From assembly GCA_028534125.1 (NCBI GenBank), contig CM052822.1, forward strand, positions 58,962,001 to 59,026,000: DNA of 64,000 bases, in the 5' to 3' direction. This document shows positions 23,706-36,214 of this stretch, in pieces. The translations under genes were made by a program, and so were the position numbers. Each line of letters starts with the position of its first letter. Positions within the stretch are counted from its first letter, which is position 1. The notes under the pieces are model-generated. The model saw only the letters and a program-made list of their open reading frames with translations. It was not told the DNA's origin and ran no database searches. Source of the DNA: Lama glama. Taxonomy: Eukaryota.

Positions 23706-25107
23706 AGACGCGGGGAGCGGGCCGCGCGAGGGAGCCAGAGTGAGCGTCAAGTGAGGGGCCGCGCGCAAGTCGCAGGCGTTCGCAGCTATTTTGGTCCGGT
23801 CGGAGGGAGCCGCCGGGTGGCCGCTGATAGGCTGGAGCGGCGTGGGGCTGCTGCGGAGGGACCGCGCCGGCCCCCGCCCCCGCTCCGCACCCGGCGCCGG
23901 GCACCCTCGGGCTCTGGGTGCGGTGGGCTCAGGGGCCCGGGAGCCGGAGGCTGCTGCAGTTGGCGGGGCTCCTGCTCGGACCGCGTCATCCTCACCCCCG
24001 CCGACTGCTGACGGGGCTCCCGGCCGCCCGGCCTGGGCTGCACGCTCGGAGTTCGGAGCTGCACTGGGGGGACGCGGGGGCGGCCGGGAAGCTGCTGCAC
24101 AGATGCTGGTTCGTCCTGCCCCCTCTGCACATTTCCTCACACACACACCCACCCCCCTGCTTTAACTAGGGCTTTAAACGATAGTTTTCTTAATGAGGGT
24201 TGCGGGGGAGGCAAACAGTGGAAGGAAAGACCAAGTTCAGGGAGCCTGGGGAATGACAACCTGGGACAGCACAACAACCAGCAGGAAGGATTGAGGTGAA
24301 CTCGCAGCAGCCACGGCACAACGCGTTCATTCATGCAGCTTCTCACTCTGCAGCCCCGCGCCCTTTCCCCTCCCTGCGCTCAGAGATTGGAGGATGGGTC
24401 TTAAGCCTTCTGCCCCATGACCTCTTCTTTGTTGCGAGGACTCCCTGAGAACTACGTAGCAACCTGCCCCTACTTCTGGTGAGAGGAGACCCCGGGGCAT
24501 TTAACAGACCAGTGCAAGAGAGAGAACGAGACTGGGTCAGCCTTTCCCTACCCTAGAAAGACTGCCCCTTTCTCTGCCTAGAGTGGGTGGGGCCGTCTGT
24601 AGCTAGCTAAGCCTTGGAAGGCCAGCGGATAATTATAGCGTTGGTTTAGTGTTGCTTCCTTTCAGGGGCCACCTACAGACTCCTTTCCTTGTGCCCTGTC
24701 CCCCTCCACTTTGGCCAGCTCGCTTGCCTGTCACCTGCACTTGGGCTGTATTGCTTAAGAGGAGGAGGTCTTGGATCTCTCTGCTCTTTGGATTCTGCCA
24801 CACCCGGATCTCAATATTGTCTGCTGCCGAGTAACCTGAGACCTCAAACATGCCAGGGAATTTTTGAAGTCCCTGAATGGAATGGAAATAGTTCCATTAT
24901 AGGCAAGCGGGATTCCCCATCGTTTACCAACTTTGTTTAATTATGCATTTGCAATCAAATAGTAGCAACATTAATAGTTAATATGTTATGTAAAATCACA
25001 TAGTAAGTGACATGTGATCTCTTGAACCCCGGTAGAGCTCAGATGTTTAAGAACTTGGGCATGGGAATGATTCTCCAGAGTTTTCTCTCAGTCAGTGAGA
25101 GCTCGGG

Positions 25108-25365
25108 TTTTATTCATCTGCTTCAACAGTCATTTACTGGGATGTTTATCTACTACGTGCTCTCCTCTATACTAAGGATGCGGGGATGTGTGGATAGATA
25201 GATCTGTTCTTGTTTAATCTTCCTTTACCCAGTGACACAATTGCCACAGTTGTCTCCATTTTATGGATGGAGGTACTGTGCTCAAGGTCACACACCCAAA
25301 AAGCAACAGAGCCAGCATCTCAATCCAGTCTTCTAACCCTGAGCCCAGTGTTTTCATCACTGTAA
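25108..25365 (-). mobile_element. L2 3' end followed by a MIR fragment
   Basis: ATTCATCTGCTTCAACAGTCATTTACTG...CTACTACGTGC (L2 end), then CTCCATTTTATGGATGGAGGTACTG..CTCAAGGTCACAC (MIR core). Confidence 0.6.
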
Positions 25366-26489
25366 CAAATATGTCCAACATGCTCACTCTGCGTAGAGTA
25401 AATGGGGAGGCAAGGTGGGTGGACAGGCTGCATTAAAAAACTTCAGTAAAGAGTATATGAGTTATAGGTAGAATGAAGGGCAGGAGAAAATAGATCCTTT
25501 ACTTCACTTGTTTCACTCACAGTTGCTAATCAGAGAAAGAGATGGAGGTAAGAGCCATCTGGGCTCTTTAGTAGTTTTTTTCACCTTCTTGACTGAAGCC
25601 CCATTTGCACATCATCAGCTTCAACCAGACACAGCCATCTTATACCCAGGTGTGAATCTAGCCCTACAGGGATCTGTGGGGGAGAATTAGAAACCTGGCT
25701 ATTGAGAGATTCCTCTCCTTACCAGCGCTGAGCTGGTAGAGTTCCAGAGGAGACCCTGGCCCGGATCTGGATGGTACACTTGGGCAAAAAAGAGGATCCT
25801 GCCCGGCCAGTGTAGGCACACTCGGTCCCCATCTGTTCAGCTCCAGGCCCAACAAACAGAAGGTGTGACCGCATGCTGTGCAGGTGGATGGAAGGGTAGA
25901 ATCAGATAAGTACTTAGTAATGAGGTGGTCTCATGGTAAATATTTGTGACCGTTATTCCGAGATGAATATGCCCAAGCTCCATGCAGCCCACAGAGTTCT
26001 AGACAGAGCTGCTTTGCCCTCTGTAGGCCACCTGGGCTAAGGGAGCATCAGAGAAACTACCAACTGGCCTAAGGAGGTGGTGGGGCCATCGCTACATGCA
26101 CAGCCCTCGTGCACTGAAAGTGGTACTGAAGCTTCTAATCCCGTCACCTGAGTGTCACCTAGCCATCATCGGTCTGTCACTCTCCACAGTCCCCGGTTCT
26201 GACTGCTTCCTTGATTTGGAGTGGTACCACTAGGGAATAAAAGGAAGAGGAAGACTTAAACTTTGAGAGGAGGAAGAGAAGGAAGAAACACGGAGTTAGG
26301 AGTGTTTTCATTTGTGGTTTCCCACAGAGAGACTGCTTCGGTAAAGCTAGAGAGAGCCCGAAGAAGCCAGCTGGCAGTTGGGCAAGGCCTGTGTCAGCAG
26401 CTTCATACCTGCACCAAGATTAGGATCCTTGAGTTCTAGTCCCCGTTTTGCTGCTGATCAGACTTGTGACAAATCTTAAAGCAGCTCTA

Positions 26490-26585
26490 GGTGGGTGGGT
26501 ATAGCTCAGTGCTAGAGTACATGCTTGGCATGCACAAGGTCGTGGGTTCAATCTCCAGTACCTCCATTTAAAAAAAAATTTGTTT
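26490..26585 (+). mobile_element. Camelid tRNA-derived SINE (Vic-1 type), inserted in a MIR
   Basis: GGGTATAGCTCAGTGCTAGAG (A box)...GGGTTCAATCTCCAGTACCTCCA (B box) plus A tail; TSD aaagcagctcta (26478-26489) / aaacagctcta (26586-26596); MIR-like flanks 26420-26660. Confidence 0.85.
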
Positions 26586-26854
26586 AAACAGCTCTAAACG
26601 TTGATTTCTTCATTTGCAAAATTAAGGAAATGGACTAGAAAGTTCCTTCCAGCTCTCATAGTTCACGATTCCCACTCTTCCTCCGAGATGAAGCTTTGTG
26701 AAGAAAGTTGATCCTTTGGGATAGTAGCCAAGTCTTGGAAATGAGCCACGAGGTTGAGAAGTGAGTGATTCCTTCCGTTTAATCTAGAGATCCACTGTGC
26801 CAAAGCAGAGTAGATCAAACTGTGTTTCCCAGATGCAAAAAAAGGCTCCTAGAT

Positions 26855-26995
26855 CACGGAGTGTTCAAGCTAAAAGGGACCTTGGAGATCATCTGGACTT
26901 AACCTCTCATCTTACAGATGGTCATTAATGAAGTTCAGAGAGGCACAGTGACTAACCTGGCACCACAGGACTAATTAATATCAGAGTCTCTGTCC
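26855..26995 (-). mobile_element. MIR3/MIRc SINE
   Basis: AGCTAAAAGGGACCTTGGAGATCATCTGG..AACCTCTCATCTTACAGATG..CAGAGAGGCACAGTGACT. Confidence 0.7.
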
Positions 26996-28583
26996 TTTCT
27001 GAGCTCAGTCCCTCAGTCAAGATGACAGTGTATGGCAAATTGGCATTTAACCTAGGGCTTGAAAATATTTCCAAATGCCTGTCTTCTGTGTTCTTGTGTA
27101 CACAGGTGCTGTCATTATACTTTACTGGGCTGGGTTAACGATGGGTCTCGGTAGAACCGTTTGGAATGACTTTTAACCCCTAAGAAGAAGTGGAAATGGT
27201 CATTTAAGGGTCTGACTCTGAGAGGGCTCAGGAGTGCCTCACCAGCCAGGATAACTGAGCTCCTGGTAAAGCCCATGCTGGACCACTCCCCGCCCTGACA
27301 CGCATCCCTGAGGCATTATCCTTAGCAGCCACTAGATGTCCATAATGCCTCGCAGGGTTTGCCACGAGTGAGCAGGACACTATCTTGCCTCCAGTAGGCT
27401 TTGGGCCCCTTAAGGTAGGTCCGTCCATGGCAGGAAGATCACATATGTACTCCATGAAATTCTAGGTCCCTATTTGCAATACTGTCAAGCTGCCAAGCTC
27501 TACTCAAACACCTCCTCCATTTGTAACTCTATGCTATCATTTTGACTAAAGAAAAGAACAAGAGCAAAGGAGGAATTGGGATTTGGAAAACGGAAAGAAA
27601 AAGAAAAATGGTATGGAAATTGACCTCCACAAAGGGAGAGACATCAGTTGATTGGTGAATGAGTAGTGACAAAACATCACAAGAAATGGTCTGTTTGGAG
27701 ATAGTCACCTTCTTCCTAAGGCAATGAACACATTGTGTGTGTATTTGCATCTCTCACTCACTCACTCCCACCCACATGGACAGTTACCCCTCCAGGGTCA
27801 ACTGGTCATGAAGTTTCTGGTTAATGGATAAAGTCACCATTGCAAAAAAAAATAAGATGATTTTTTCTTGCCTGTGATCCCGTAAGGAGCCTGTGGCCAT
27901 GCCATTACTACCCACAGTCATAAAGGGAATGGATTTTATTCCTTGAGCCCAATGATTCAAGGCGACACAGCTGTACTAGAATTACCCACTCTTTCCAGTG
28001 CCCTCAGAATCCTCTCTTCTTTTGCCCCCAAGAACTTTGCTCTATAAGGAAATCAGAAGGAAGTGGATAAAAAAGCACTCTCCCTGCAGGTCCCATCCAG
28101 AGTAATTGGCAAAAAAAGTTGGAAAGAAAAGACAAGACGCTTAATAAGAATGGCCAAGAGCTGTAGAATGGAAGGGTCTTTTCTCTGGGGCTTACAGTTT
28201 CTTTTCGGGCTGCCAGGCCTCAGTGAAAGGAGAAGCCTCCCAGTACCCTCACTGTCACCTCTTTTGGCACAGACAGTTTGGTGCCCGTTCCAGCCACAGT
28301 CATCTGCATGTATGGTCAAGCAGACCAGAGAAGTCCAGCCCAAAAGCCTTGGAAATGTACGCTTCACGTATACTAGCCTGTTACAGGCCCAATGATTTGC
28401 CTTTCTCTTTAATTGCCTTTGTGTTGCAGTAACAATAATGAAGTTGACAGCAACATTTACTGGGATGTCCATAGGTACCCACATTTAATCATCACAGCAG
28501 CTTTGTGCGGTGGGTACCATTAGCCTCCCCATTTTGCAGATGAATTTAAGAAGCTTTCTCGGATCACAGAACTAGTACGTGAC

Positions 28584-29031
28584 TATCAGTTTCTGGAGGC
28601 TGTCATCACAATTACCACATATTTGGTGGTTTAAAACATCAGAAATGTATTCTTTCACAGTTCTGGAGGCTAAAAGTGCAAAATCTGGTAGGGCTATCCT
28701 CCCTCCAAGTGCGCTAGGGAAGAATCTGTTCCTGGCCTCTTGCCCATCCCAGCTTCTGGTGACTGTCCCATTCCTTGACTTGCAGCTGCATCCCTTCGGT
28801 CTCTGCCCCCTTGGTCGTGTTGACTCTGCCTTTTCTGTCTCCCTCCTCTTTGACTTCTAAGGACACTTATCATTGGATTTAGGGCCCCCCTGGATAATCA
28901 AGGGTGATGTCACTGCAAGATCCGTAACTTACTTGCATCTGCAAAGACCTTTTCCCAAACACGGTAGCATTTACAGGTTTGGGGATTGGGGCGTGGCCAT
29001 TTTCTTTCTGGGCTCATTCAGCTCACTTGCA
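28584..29031 (-). mobile_element. MLT1 (MLT1C-like) ERVL-MaLR solo LTR inserted in a MIR
   Basis: TACCACATATTTGGTGGTTTAAAACATCAGAAATGTATTCTTTCACAGTTCTGGAGGCT...AAGGACACTTATCATTGGATTTAGGGCCC...CATCTGCAAAGACCTTTTCCCAAA; perfect 5-bp TSD GTGAC at 28579-28583 and 29032-29036. Confidence 0.9.
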
Positions 29032-29774
29032 GTGACAGAGCCTGGTTTCCACCTCAACTCTATTCAGCATTCAAATTTTAAACCACTGCGATTTTGTGAT
29101 GTGCCACTTAAGAGGAAGAGAAAGGGAGGGGAACATCTTACCTCTGTTTACCTGTGCTAGTGAGGAGGGGAGGAGAGAAGCCAAGTGTGAGCAGTATGGC
29201 TATTGGGTCGTTCCCTCAGTCAGTGCAGCAGTTAGGAAGCATCACATGAGCCAAGGGAACAGGAGGGCGGGTAGACCAGAGAAACTCAAGAAATCTGCCT
29301 TGATTCCTTTTCTTGATAATTTTCTCACTCTTTCTTTACATGGCCTGTAGATTTTATCCCAAAGATCTTGGAACATTTAAGCATTTACTAGTAATATTAG
29401 AAGTACCTCTTGGCATTGCTACAAAATTTGGCTCAACTGTAACTAAGTCACAGAAGTGTGGAGCTTCACACTCCTTGGAGATTAAGAAAGACTTAAAGGT
29501 CAGGGCTCTGCAGATGCAGATGTGGGAGTGAGAGTTAGAAGTAAATGGCTTTTCAAATATCTCCAGCACAATTTCAGCCCTTAGTTAGGAGTCGATGCCT
29601 ACAAATGTACACACATATACACAGTGGTTTTATAAATTTAATCATGTTTTGGTTGGTGAGAGCCCATTTTTCCCCCACACTTGAGTCCTACAAAGTGTGT
29701 TGAGAGAGAGAATGAATGGATGGGTGAATGAATGAATATATGTATGTATACATACATACATACATACTAATGGG

Positions 29775-29930
29775 CATTATAGCATAGTGGTGGGTTTTGA
29801 GTATTCTGGAATCAGAAACCTGGGTTTCAAAGCATATGGTATATAAGTTGCTTCTTTAAGCTTCAGATACTTCATGTGTAAAGCAGGATTAATAACTGCT
29901 TATTTTGTGATATTGGACTAGAAGCAAGTA
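29775..29930 (+). mobile_element. MIR SINE fragment after a (GAAT)n/(TACA)n microsatellite
   Basis: TATAGCATAGTGG...TCTGGAATCAGAAACCTGGGTTTCAAA...CTTCATGTGTAAAGCAGGATTAATAA. Confidence 0.65.
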
Positions 29931-30131
29931 AGAAATATCAGTCAGTCTGAGCTGATAGTAATAGAAGTAGGAGCAGCTATTACTTTATAATAAGGAAACT
30001 AGTGTAGAAGGGAAATATTTTTAACCCAAGTCAATTATTGAGAAGATTTGTTTCCCCTTTTTTGCCCCCTGCTCTTGGTATTGCACCTAATTTAGACCTT
30101 TCAATTCTTCATTTAAGATATAAGGTGTATT

Positions 30132-30256
30132 GGGGGAGGGTATAGCTCAGTGGTAGAGCACATGCTTAGCATGCATGAGATCCTTGGGTTCAATCCGCAG
30201 TACCTCCATTTAAAAAAAAAAACCTGAATAAAAAGGCAGGCTATAAATTTTTTTTA
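30132..30256 (+). mobile_element. Camelid tRNA-derived SINE (Vic-1 type)
   Basis: GGGGGAGGGTATAGCTCAGTGGTAGAGCACATGCTTAGCATGCATGAGATCCTTGGGTTCAATCCGCAGTACCTCCA plus A tail; 14-bp exact TSD AAGATATAAGGTGT at 30115-30128 and 30257-30270. Confidence 0.92.
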
Positions 30257-30289
30257 AAGATATAAGGTGTTTTTCATTGCTTTCAACAG

Positions 30290-30420
30290 TTAGTTTTGAG
30301 ATCATTTTGGACTTACAGACGGGTTAAATGTACAGACTGTAGAATATGTTCTTCACCCAGCTTCCTCTTATGTTAAGATCTTCTATCACAGAACATTGAC
30401 TCAAAACTAGAAGTTAAAGC
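30290..30420 (-). mobile_element. L1M 3' fragment
   Basis: TTTTGAGATCATTTTGGACTTACAG...CTTCACCCAGCTTCCTCTTATGTTAAGATCTT. Confidence 0.6.
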
Positions 30421-30444
30421 ATTCAAGACATAGATTTTTACTCT

Positions 30445-30990
30445 CTCCCTCCACAGCCTATTCTCCACAGCCACCAAAGGAATCTTTGTGGCACTATATT
30501 AGATGTTATAGATTTGCTTACAATACTCCAGTGTCTTTCCCTTCATAATTCAGGTAACAACCCACCGGCATACCATGGACCACAAGCCCTAAGCCACCAT
30601 GCCTTGCCTGCTCCTGTGCCTTCCTTTTTATCATCTTCCTGCTCATCCTTACCCTTCAGCTCTGCTGCTCTTCTTTTCTGTGGAATACTGTAAGCTGGTT
30701 CTCCCCAGAAAGGCCTCTGTTCTCTCCTCTATCTGGAATGTTCTTCCCCCACATCTTCAGATGCTTGGCTCCTTCTTGAGCAGGTCTCTGGAGACTTTCC
30801 ATGACTACCTTGTCTCTAGACTACTTTGGTAGCCCCACCAGTCATAATCACATCAGTGGGTTTTATTTTCTTATTTGATTCACCATTTTCTGAAATCACC
30901 TGGTATATGTGTTTACTTGTTTATTGCACACCCCGTGAAGACAGAGGCTCTTCCCATCTTGTGCCCAACACCAAGATCCTAGTGGCGAGT
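30445..30990 (+). mobile_element. L2 LINE fragment
   Basis: ATTCTCCACAGCCACCAAAGGAATCTTT...CTCTATCTGGAATGTTCTTCCCCCACATCTTC..TGGCTCCTTC...TTTACTTGTTTATTG. Confidence 0.75.
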
Positions 30991-33900
30991 TAATTGTTTC
31001 ACAGGAAAGAGGACTGTTCTTTGACCCAAGTGAATGAGAGCTCAGGCCTCCCTAATATCAGTAGCCCTAGCCTTACTCCATAAATCTTCCAAAAGACAGG
31101 TGAAAAATTACCAGCTTTTTTTTTAATACTGGGAAATTTAAGGAAGAGCCTAGTGACCTTAAGTTTCTTCAGTCCTCAGTTTTCCTTGCTGATAGATTTA
31201 TGAGCAAGAGTTTTATGGCTTATCAAGGCTCACAGGTTCTTGGCAGTTGTGGGTAAGTAAGCAGTGAGCAGAAGTGAACAGAGGGACACAGATACGCTTA
31301 TCTGTGCCCGTGGACGCATGTGCCTGTCATTTTCAAATTTGCTAAAGTGCATTTTCTCCAAAGGGAGTGAGGGCTGGTGAGCCTGAAATAGGGAACACCA
31401 GGNNNNNNNNNNNNNNNNNNNNNNNNNNNNNNNNNNNNNNNNNNNNNNNNNNNNNNNNNNNNNNNNNNNNNNNNNNNNNNNNNNNNNNNNNNNNNNNNNN
31501 NNNNNNNNNNNNNNNNNNNNNNNNNNNNNNNNNNNNNNNNNNNNNNNNNNNNNNNNNNNNNNNNNNNNNNNNNNGTAGGCACCCGGCTGGGCAGTGAGAG
31601 GGGCCCGGAGCCTCTGTCCAGGGTCCTTATCTCCATTAGCTGCCAGTCCCCAGATTTTTGCATGACTAAAGAACAAACAGTTCTATCCACAGACTCTTAA
31701 TTTAAAACACTCAGGGGGTGATGAAGCCAACAGCTGTGTGGTGAGTCTGACTGGGATCCCTGACCACCTGGGTCCTTCCCTAGCTTTGTTACAGACTTTC
31801 TTTTCCTTTTGCCTTGAAGGAAGATGACTGCTTCCTGTTGTGACTCCATTTTCCTTGACCAAAGGAGTGTCACAGAATGTTTTTTTTTTAAAAAAGCCAT
31901 GTGGTTTAGGGCTATTCTCCTGGGAATATTTTAGGGCCCCTTACTGGGCAGCTCACTGCTTCAGAGAAAACGTTATAGTTTAGAGAGAGTAAACAAGATG
32001 GGAACACACTTCTTATATTTACCCTAGGGAATTTCTGACTCAAGTTAAGAAATATACTCAGCTTGGAACTTCTCCTTTATTCTTCATCTGTCCAGTTTAT
32101 CTTGAAACCTGTTGGGTCTTTTGCTGCTGTTTCTTCCTGTGTATCTCTCCCATGGCCTCCCAGCCATTCTGATCCCCTCGGTTCGTAGAGCAGTGCCACG
32201 CTGGCATCGCCTTCTCCCTGCCAGGCTTCTGGATCTGTTGTTCTGTTTCTTTGTGGATCAGCATCTGTGGCCATCAGGCTGCCCCCCACAACTTACTTGT
32301 TTTCAACCTTTTGCTGCCAGCTCCAGCTGTAGCTAGGGTTTTCTTACTTCCAGGTGGTGTAGCCTCAGTTCATCCTGCAGTACTGACTGGCCTGGTAAGG
32401 GTGGGTTCATTGGCTCAGCTAAGGAGTTTCTGAGGGAGACTTCTGGAGGACCCTTAATGAGAATATGGGCTTGAATTTTGTCTCTCCATTGCTGTGGTGA
32501 CCATCTTCAGCCCATCCTTGAGCAGAAGGACAGGCTATGACTCTGTCAGAAATGGAGGGTAGTGCAGCACTGGGAACACCAGGAGCCTAGCCTGTAGCTC
32601 ACACCACTGGCTTCCCCATGAGTCATCAGACGACCAATGGGTGGGTTGGCTGACGTCCAGGTTCCTGGATGCCACGTTCCCTTTTCATCATATGAGCCTC
32701 TTGAGGAGTTAGATCTACCCAGCCTCCAGCTTGCTCATGATCCGTGCTTTTAGATGCAGTTCTATCTGCACAGGCTTCCAGTGGGAATCACTTTTATATC
32801 TGGAGGAATTTGGGGTGGGTTAACGTGAAATAAGAGAGCTAGGACCCTCAGCTCCTCTATCAGATACAGAGAGAAGGATTAGAACCCCCCAGTTGGCTGG
32901 TTGGTCTCTCATATTCATATTCTGTTTCTTTCACTTACTAACTCTCACACACAGTTCTGAATTTGGCCAGAAGTGACAGGCAGATTTGTTTTTACCCAAG
33001 GGTAACATGACTTACCTTGAACTTGATTCTCCTTTACCCCAGAACCCTACTGCCTCCCACAGCCCCTACCCCGACCCTACCTGCGGCCACGAATCCCTGT
33101 CTTTTCAGTTTGTGTCTCACTACCAGCCAGGAATGCTAAGCAGCGTCCTCTCAGGAACCTGTCTTGTTGGGCTACTTCAAACTATTTCTCTGAAGGACAC
33201 CAGACTGAAATGGCTCTGCTTCTGAGGAGGGACGCTCAAGCCCCGCTTTTGTGGAGCCACCAGCTGGGGATCTGGGAGTCTCCCACCGTGATGCCTGGAC
33301 GCTGGCAGCCTGGCTAGAGGAGCCCTCATTCTGTATCACTTTCTTGGTGACTGGGGCCAGTTTTGTGTGACAGCCCAGTGAGGCTGCTTGATTTATATTC
33401 AGTGCACAAGCTCTGAAAAAAAGTCTGAGGGGAGCCCTGCCAGCCAGTAACTCTGAAAGGATTCTTTATGTAAGTGAGCCGTCTCGGGGCTGGGCGCCCT
33501 CCCTCCCCGCAACTGGCCTCGCTGGCCCAGCGACTCGGTGGTTCTTCAGTGCTGGCGCCCAGCCCCTGGGGATCCCTCCCCCAGAGGGGACCATCTTGGG
33601 ATCCCGGGCACACGGAGCAGCTTCAGCTCCATCCTCCCCGCCCTGGCACCTGGCAGTCTGCCTCCTGATGCCAGTCCCTGGGACCTATTTAAGGCCATGT
33701 GTGCACGCGAGACAGTAAGTGGAAAAGAGAGAGGTGAATGTGAGAAGACCAACCAACCAATAAATTGGGGACATTCTAATTCCTCCCTCTAGTGGAAACC
33801 TCTGAGAGAATCTCTTTTGGCCCGCAGGACCCTGTGTTGGCCTGAGCCTTTTTGATTTCCTAACCAACTACAGCAGTCTTTTGCTCCCGTGGTCTGAAAA

Positions 33901-36214
33901 GAGACAGAAATGAGACCCTCTGCTCGTATACTTCTGGGAGCTGCGGGGTAAACTTTATCAAACTGAGACCAAGAGGGAGCTCCAGCTCTGAAGGGAAGCC
34001 AGGCCCACCTCTGGCTTTCAGCACCACCATTGACAGCCTCGCCCCATTTTCAAGGCCACCTGAGGAGTAGGCTTTCTTCCTGCCAGTTCCCGTCTCTGTC
34101 TGAGTCTGTCTCTTTAAGAATGTTTGCTATTAATGAGTTTGCTAAACACATAACCTTGACTCACTCCCCTAGGTGAACAACTCATTAAATACTGTTTTCT
34201 AGGAAGGAGGAGAATTAAGTAGGCCTTGAAGGGTTTTCTAAAGCCTCCTATGGGAGCCTGGAGGACAGCAGCACTGGCAAAGCAAAGGAGAAGGGGTTTT
34301 AGTCTTTTGGGGGGTCTAACATCTCTGTGTGAAGCTGCGTTTGTTTGTGAGAGAAGATGAGAGGTTGGCTGACTTGTCCCGTGATGTCCTCCGTCTCAGA
34401 GGTGCGCCTGTCCCCTCATATTTCAGTGCTGCTGGGTTTCTCATTCTGGCTTCACCTTTGCCGGGGTTAAAAACCCCCTCTGTGTCTTGTTTTTAGTGTA
34501 TCGCTCAAGGGCCTGATATCCAACTCTTTGGATAAAACTATCAAAAAATATGGTTCCCCATATTTAGTCCATCAGAATAATATACTTGTACTAAACATTG
34601 CAGCACTTTTTTAAGGAGTGCCCATTAAATAGGACAGTGTAACCAGACCTTTTTTTAAAAAAAAATCTTTTAGAAGCCTCTAGGAAGGGCTTTGGGCCTG
34701 AGAGAGGCTGTGTCAGGGGCCACAGCCAGCAGAGTAGGGTCTCCCGCACTGACCCGTACTCAGCTTCTCCTGAGGAACATTTGGTCCCCAAAAGGAACAG
34801 ATGTGGCCTCATACAAGGACCCACCCACAGACTCAGTGCTGCCACACCTGGATACTTGGAGAAGAAAACCAGGGAAGTATTTCCAATTGGCTAAAAAAAA
34901 GTTCTTCCCAGACCCACTTCCCGTCCCCAGTGCCCCTCGACCTCACTTGGGCTCAGGCACTTGTGGCTGGTGTGTTAATCACTGCCCCACGCACTGCAGT
35001 CAGCCGTCAGGGAGCTTTTCCGCCCTGATGCATAGCCCAGAAAGATGTATGCAGACCCCATCCCCAAAGGGACAGGCAGGCTTCTGAAGAGACAGGCTTT
35101 GTAGACAAATATAGCCCTGCCTGTTTCACAGAGACCTTTGTCCCCTGCAGCAGGTCAGGTGTGAGCAGAAATTCTGAAACCAGTGACTTGAAAGCTGGTT
35201 ACCGAGGAATTTCCTGCATGGGCCCTGTGCATGCACAACATGCTTATTTTAAAAAGCCTTCCTAGTTCTTGCCTTGCTGAAATCATTCATTGTTTTTCTC
35301 CCAAAGAAGATAATAAAAAGGGATTTTGAAGAAAGAATGGTTTGTCTTCCCTTTCTCCTAACTTCCCCCACCTTTTATTCCTCCTCTCACTCCTACTCCC
35401 AAATTTATAATTTAAGAGATCCTTCGAGAAGGGACTTGGGATGGCCTTGCTCTCAATCCTCAGGTCTAATAGCCTTTTCCCTTCGGTCTTTTCCTTCTGC
35501 GCCCCCCCACCACCAATAGTTCATGTGGAGTCGCAGGAATGTATCTGTTCCCAGATTGATGGGTCTTATTCAGTCGTTACATACTTTGCTCTCTGTGGGC
35601 CTCTAATGCCATTTGAGTTTCTGAAATCCTTACTTTGCAAATCCACTTGTGTCCTGGGTTTAGCTTCTGATTACAGGATTAGCAGAGATTATACGGTCTG
35701 CCTGATGTCTCCTCCAAGCTTTCTATCAGATTTATGGCATTGAATTGAGAAATTTGTACATTGATAGGATGGAAACTAGAGGCAGATCTAGGCTGATGAG
35801 GGCAAAGAGAAAAAGGACCTGTTGGAAAGAATTGGAGTGCCAGTTAAGAACCTGGAAGCCTAGACTTTGTATCTCTTGACTTGGTAACTCTGCTGCCCCA
35901 CCTGTGCCCTCTTTTCTAGACTAACTTTTCATGAACTCTGGCTCCCCCTCTCACTACCCCCATTGTTGCACCGGAATAGAGCTCTGAGTGGGTACTCTGA
36001 GTGGCATCCTTTGCTAGAGCTCTCCTGTCAGCAGCCGTCCCTATGGCCTCCATCTTGTCAGTTCTTATTACACAGCACCTCCCTGTTGTACGTTGAGGAC
36101 CCAGAGATGGGATTGGGACAGTAATATTAGGGACGCAGCCACTGAGTTTTGTTATGGAGGTTAAAAAAGGTGTAATTATGAGAAAGGCTCATGGGTCACT
36201 TTAGGCTGTAGGTG

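Larger units (their letters stand above)
22420..24120. promoter_or_regulatory. CpG island / LRRC4 promoter region
   Basis: Very GC-rich with dense CpG (CGCG and GGCGGC runs, GC box CCCCGCCCC at ~23872), immediately upstream of the minus-strand gene; CpG-depleted flanks. Confidence 0.9.

Noticed and set aside
22390-24169. Long Arg/Gly/Pro/Ala-rich ORFs on both strands (up to 324 aa)
   Set aside because: Stop codons are rare in a CpG island and the ORFs read through Ns; no recognisable domain
30132-30207. tRNA gene-like sequences (also 26490 and 37016-37092)
   Set aside because: A tails and TSDs show they are tRNA-derived SINEs, not functional tRNAs
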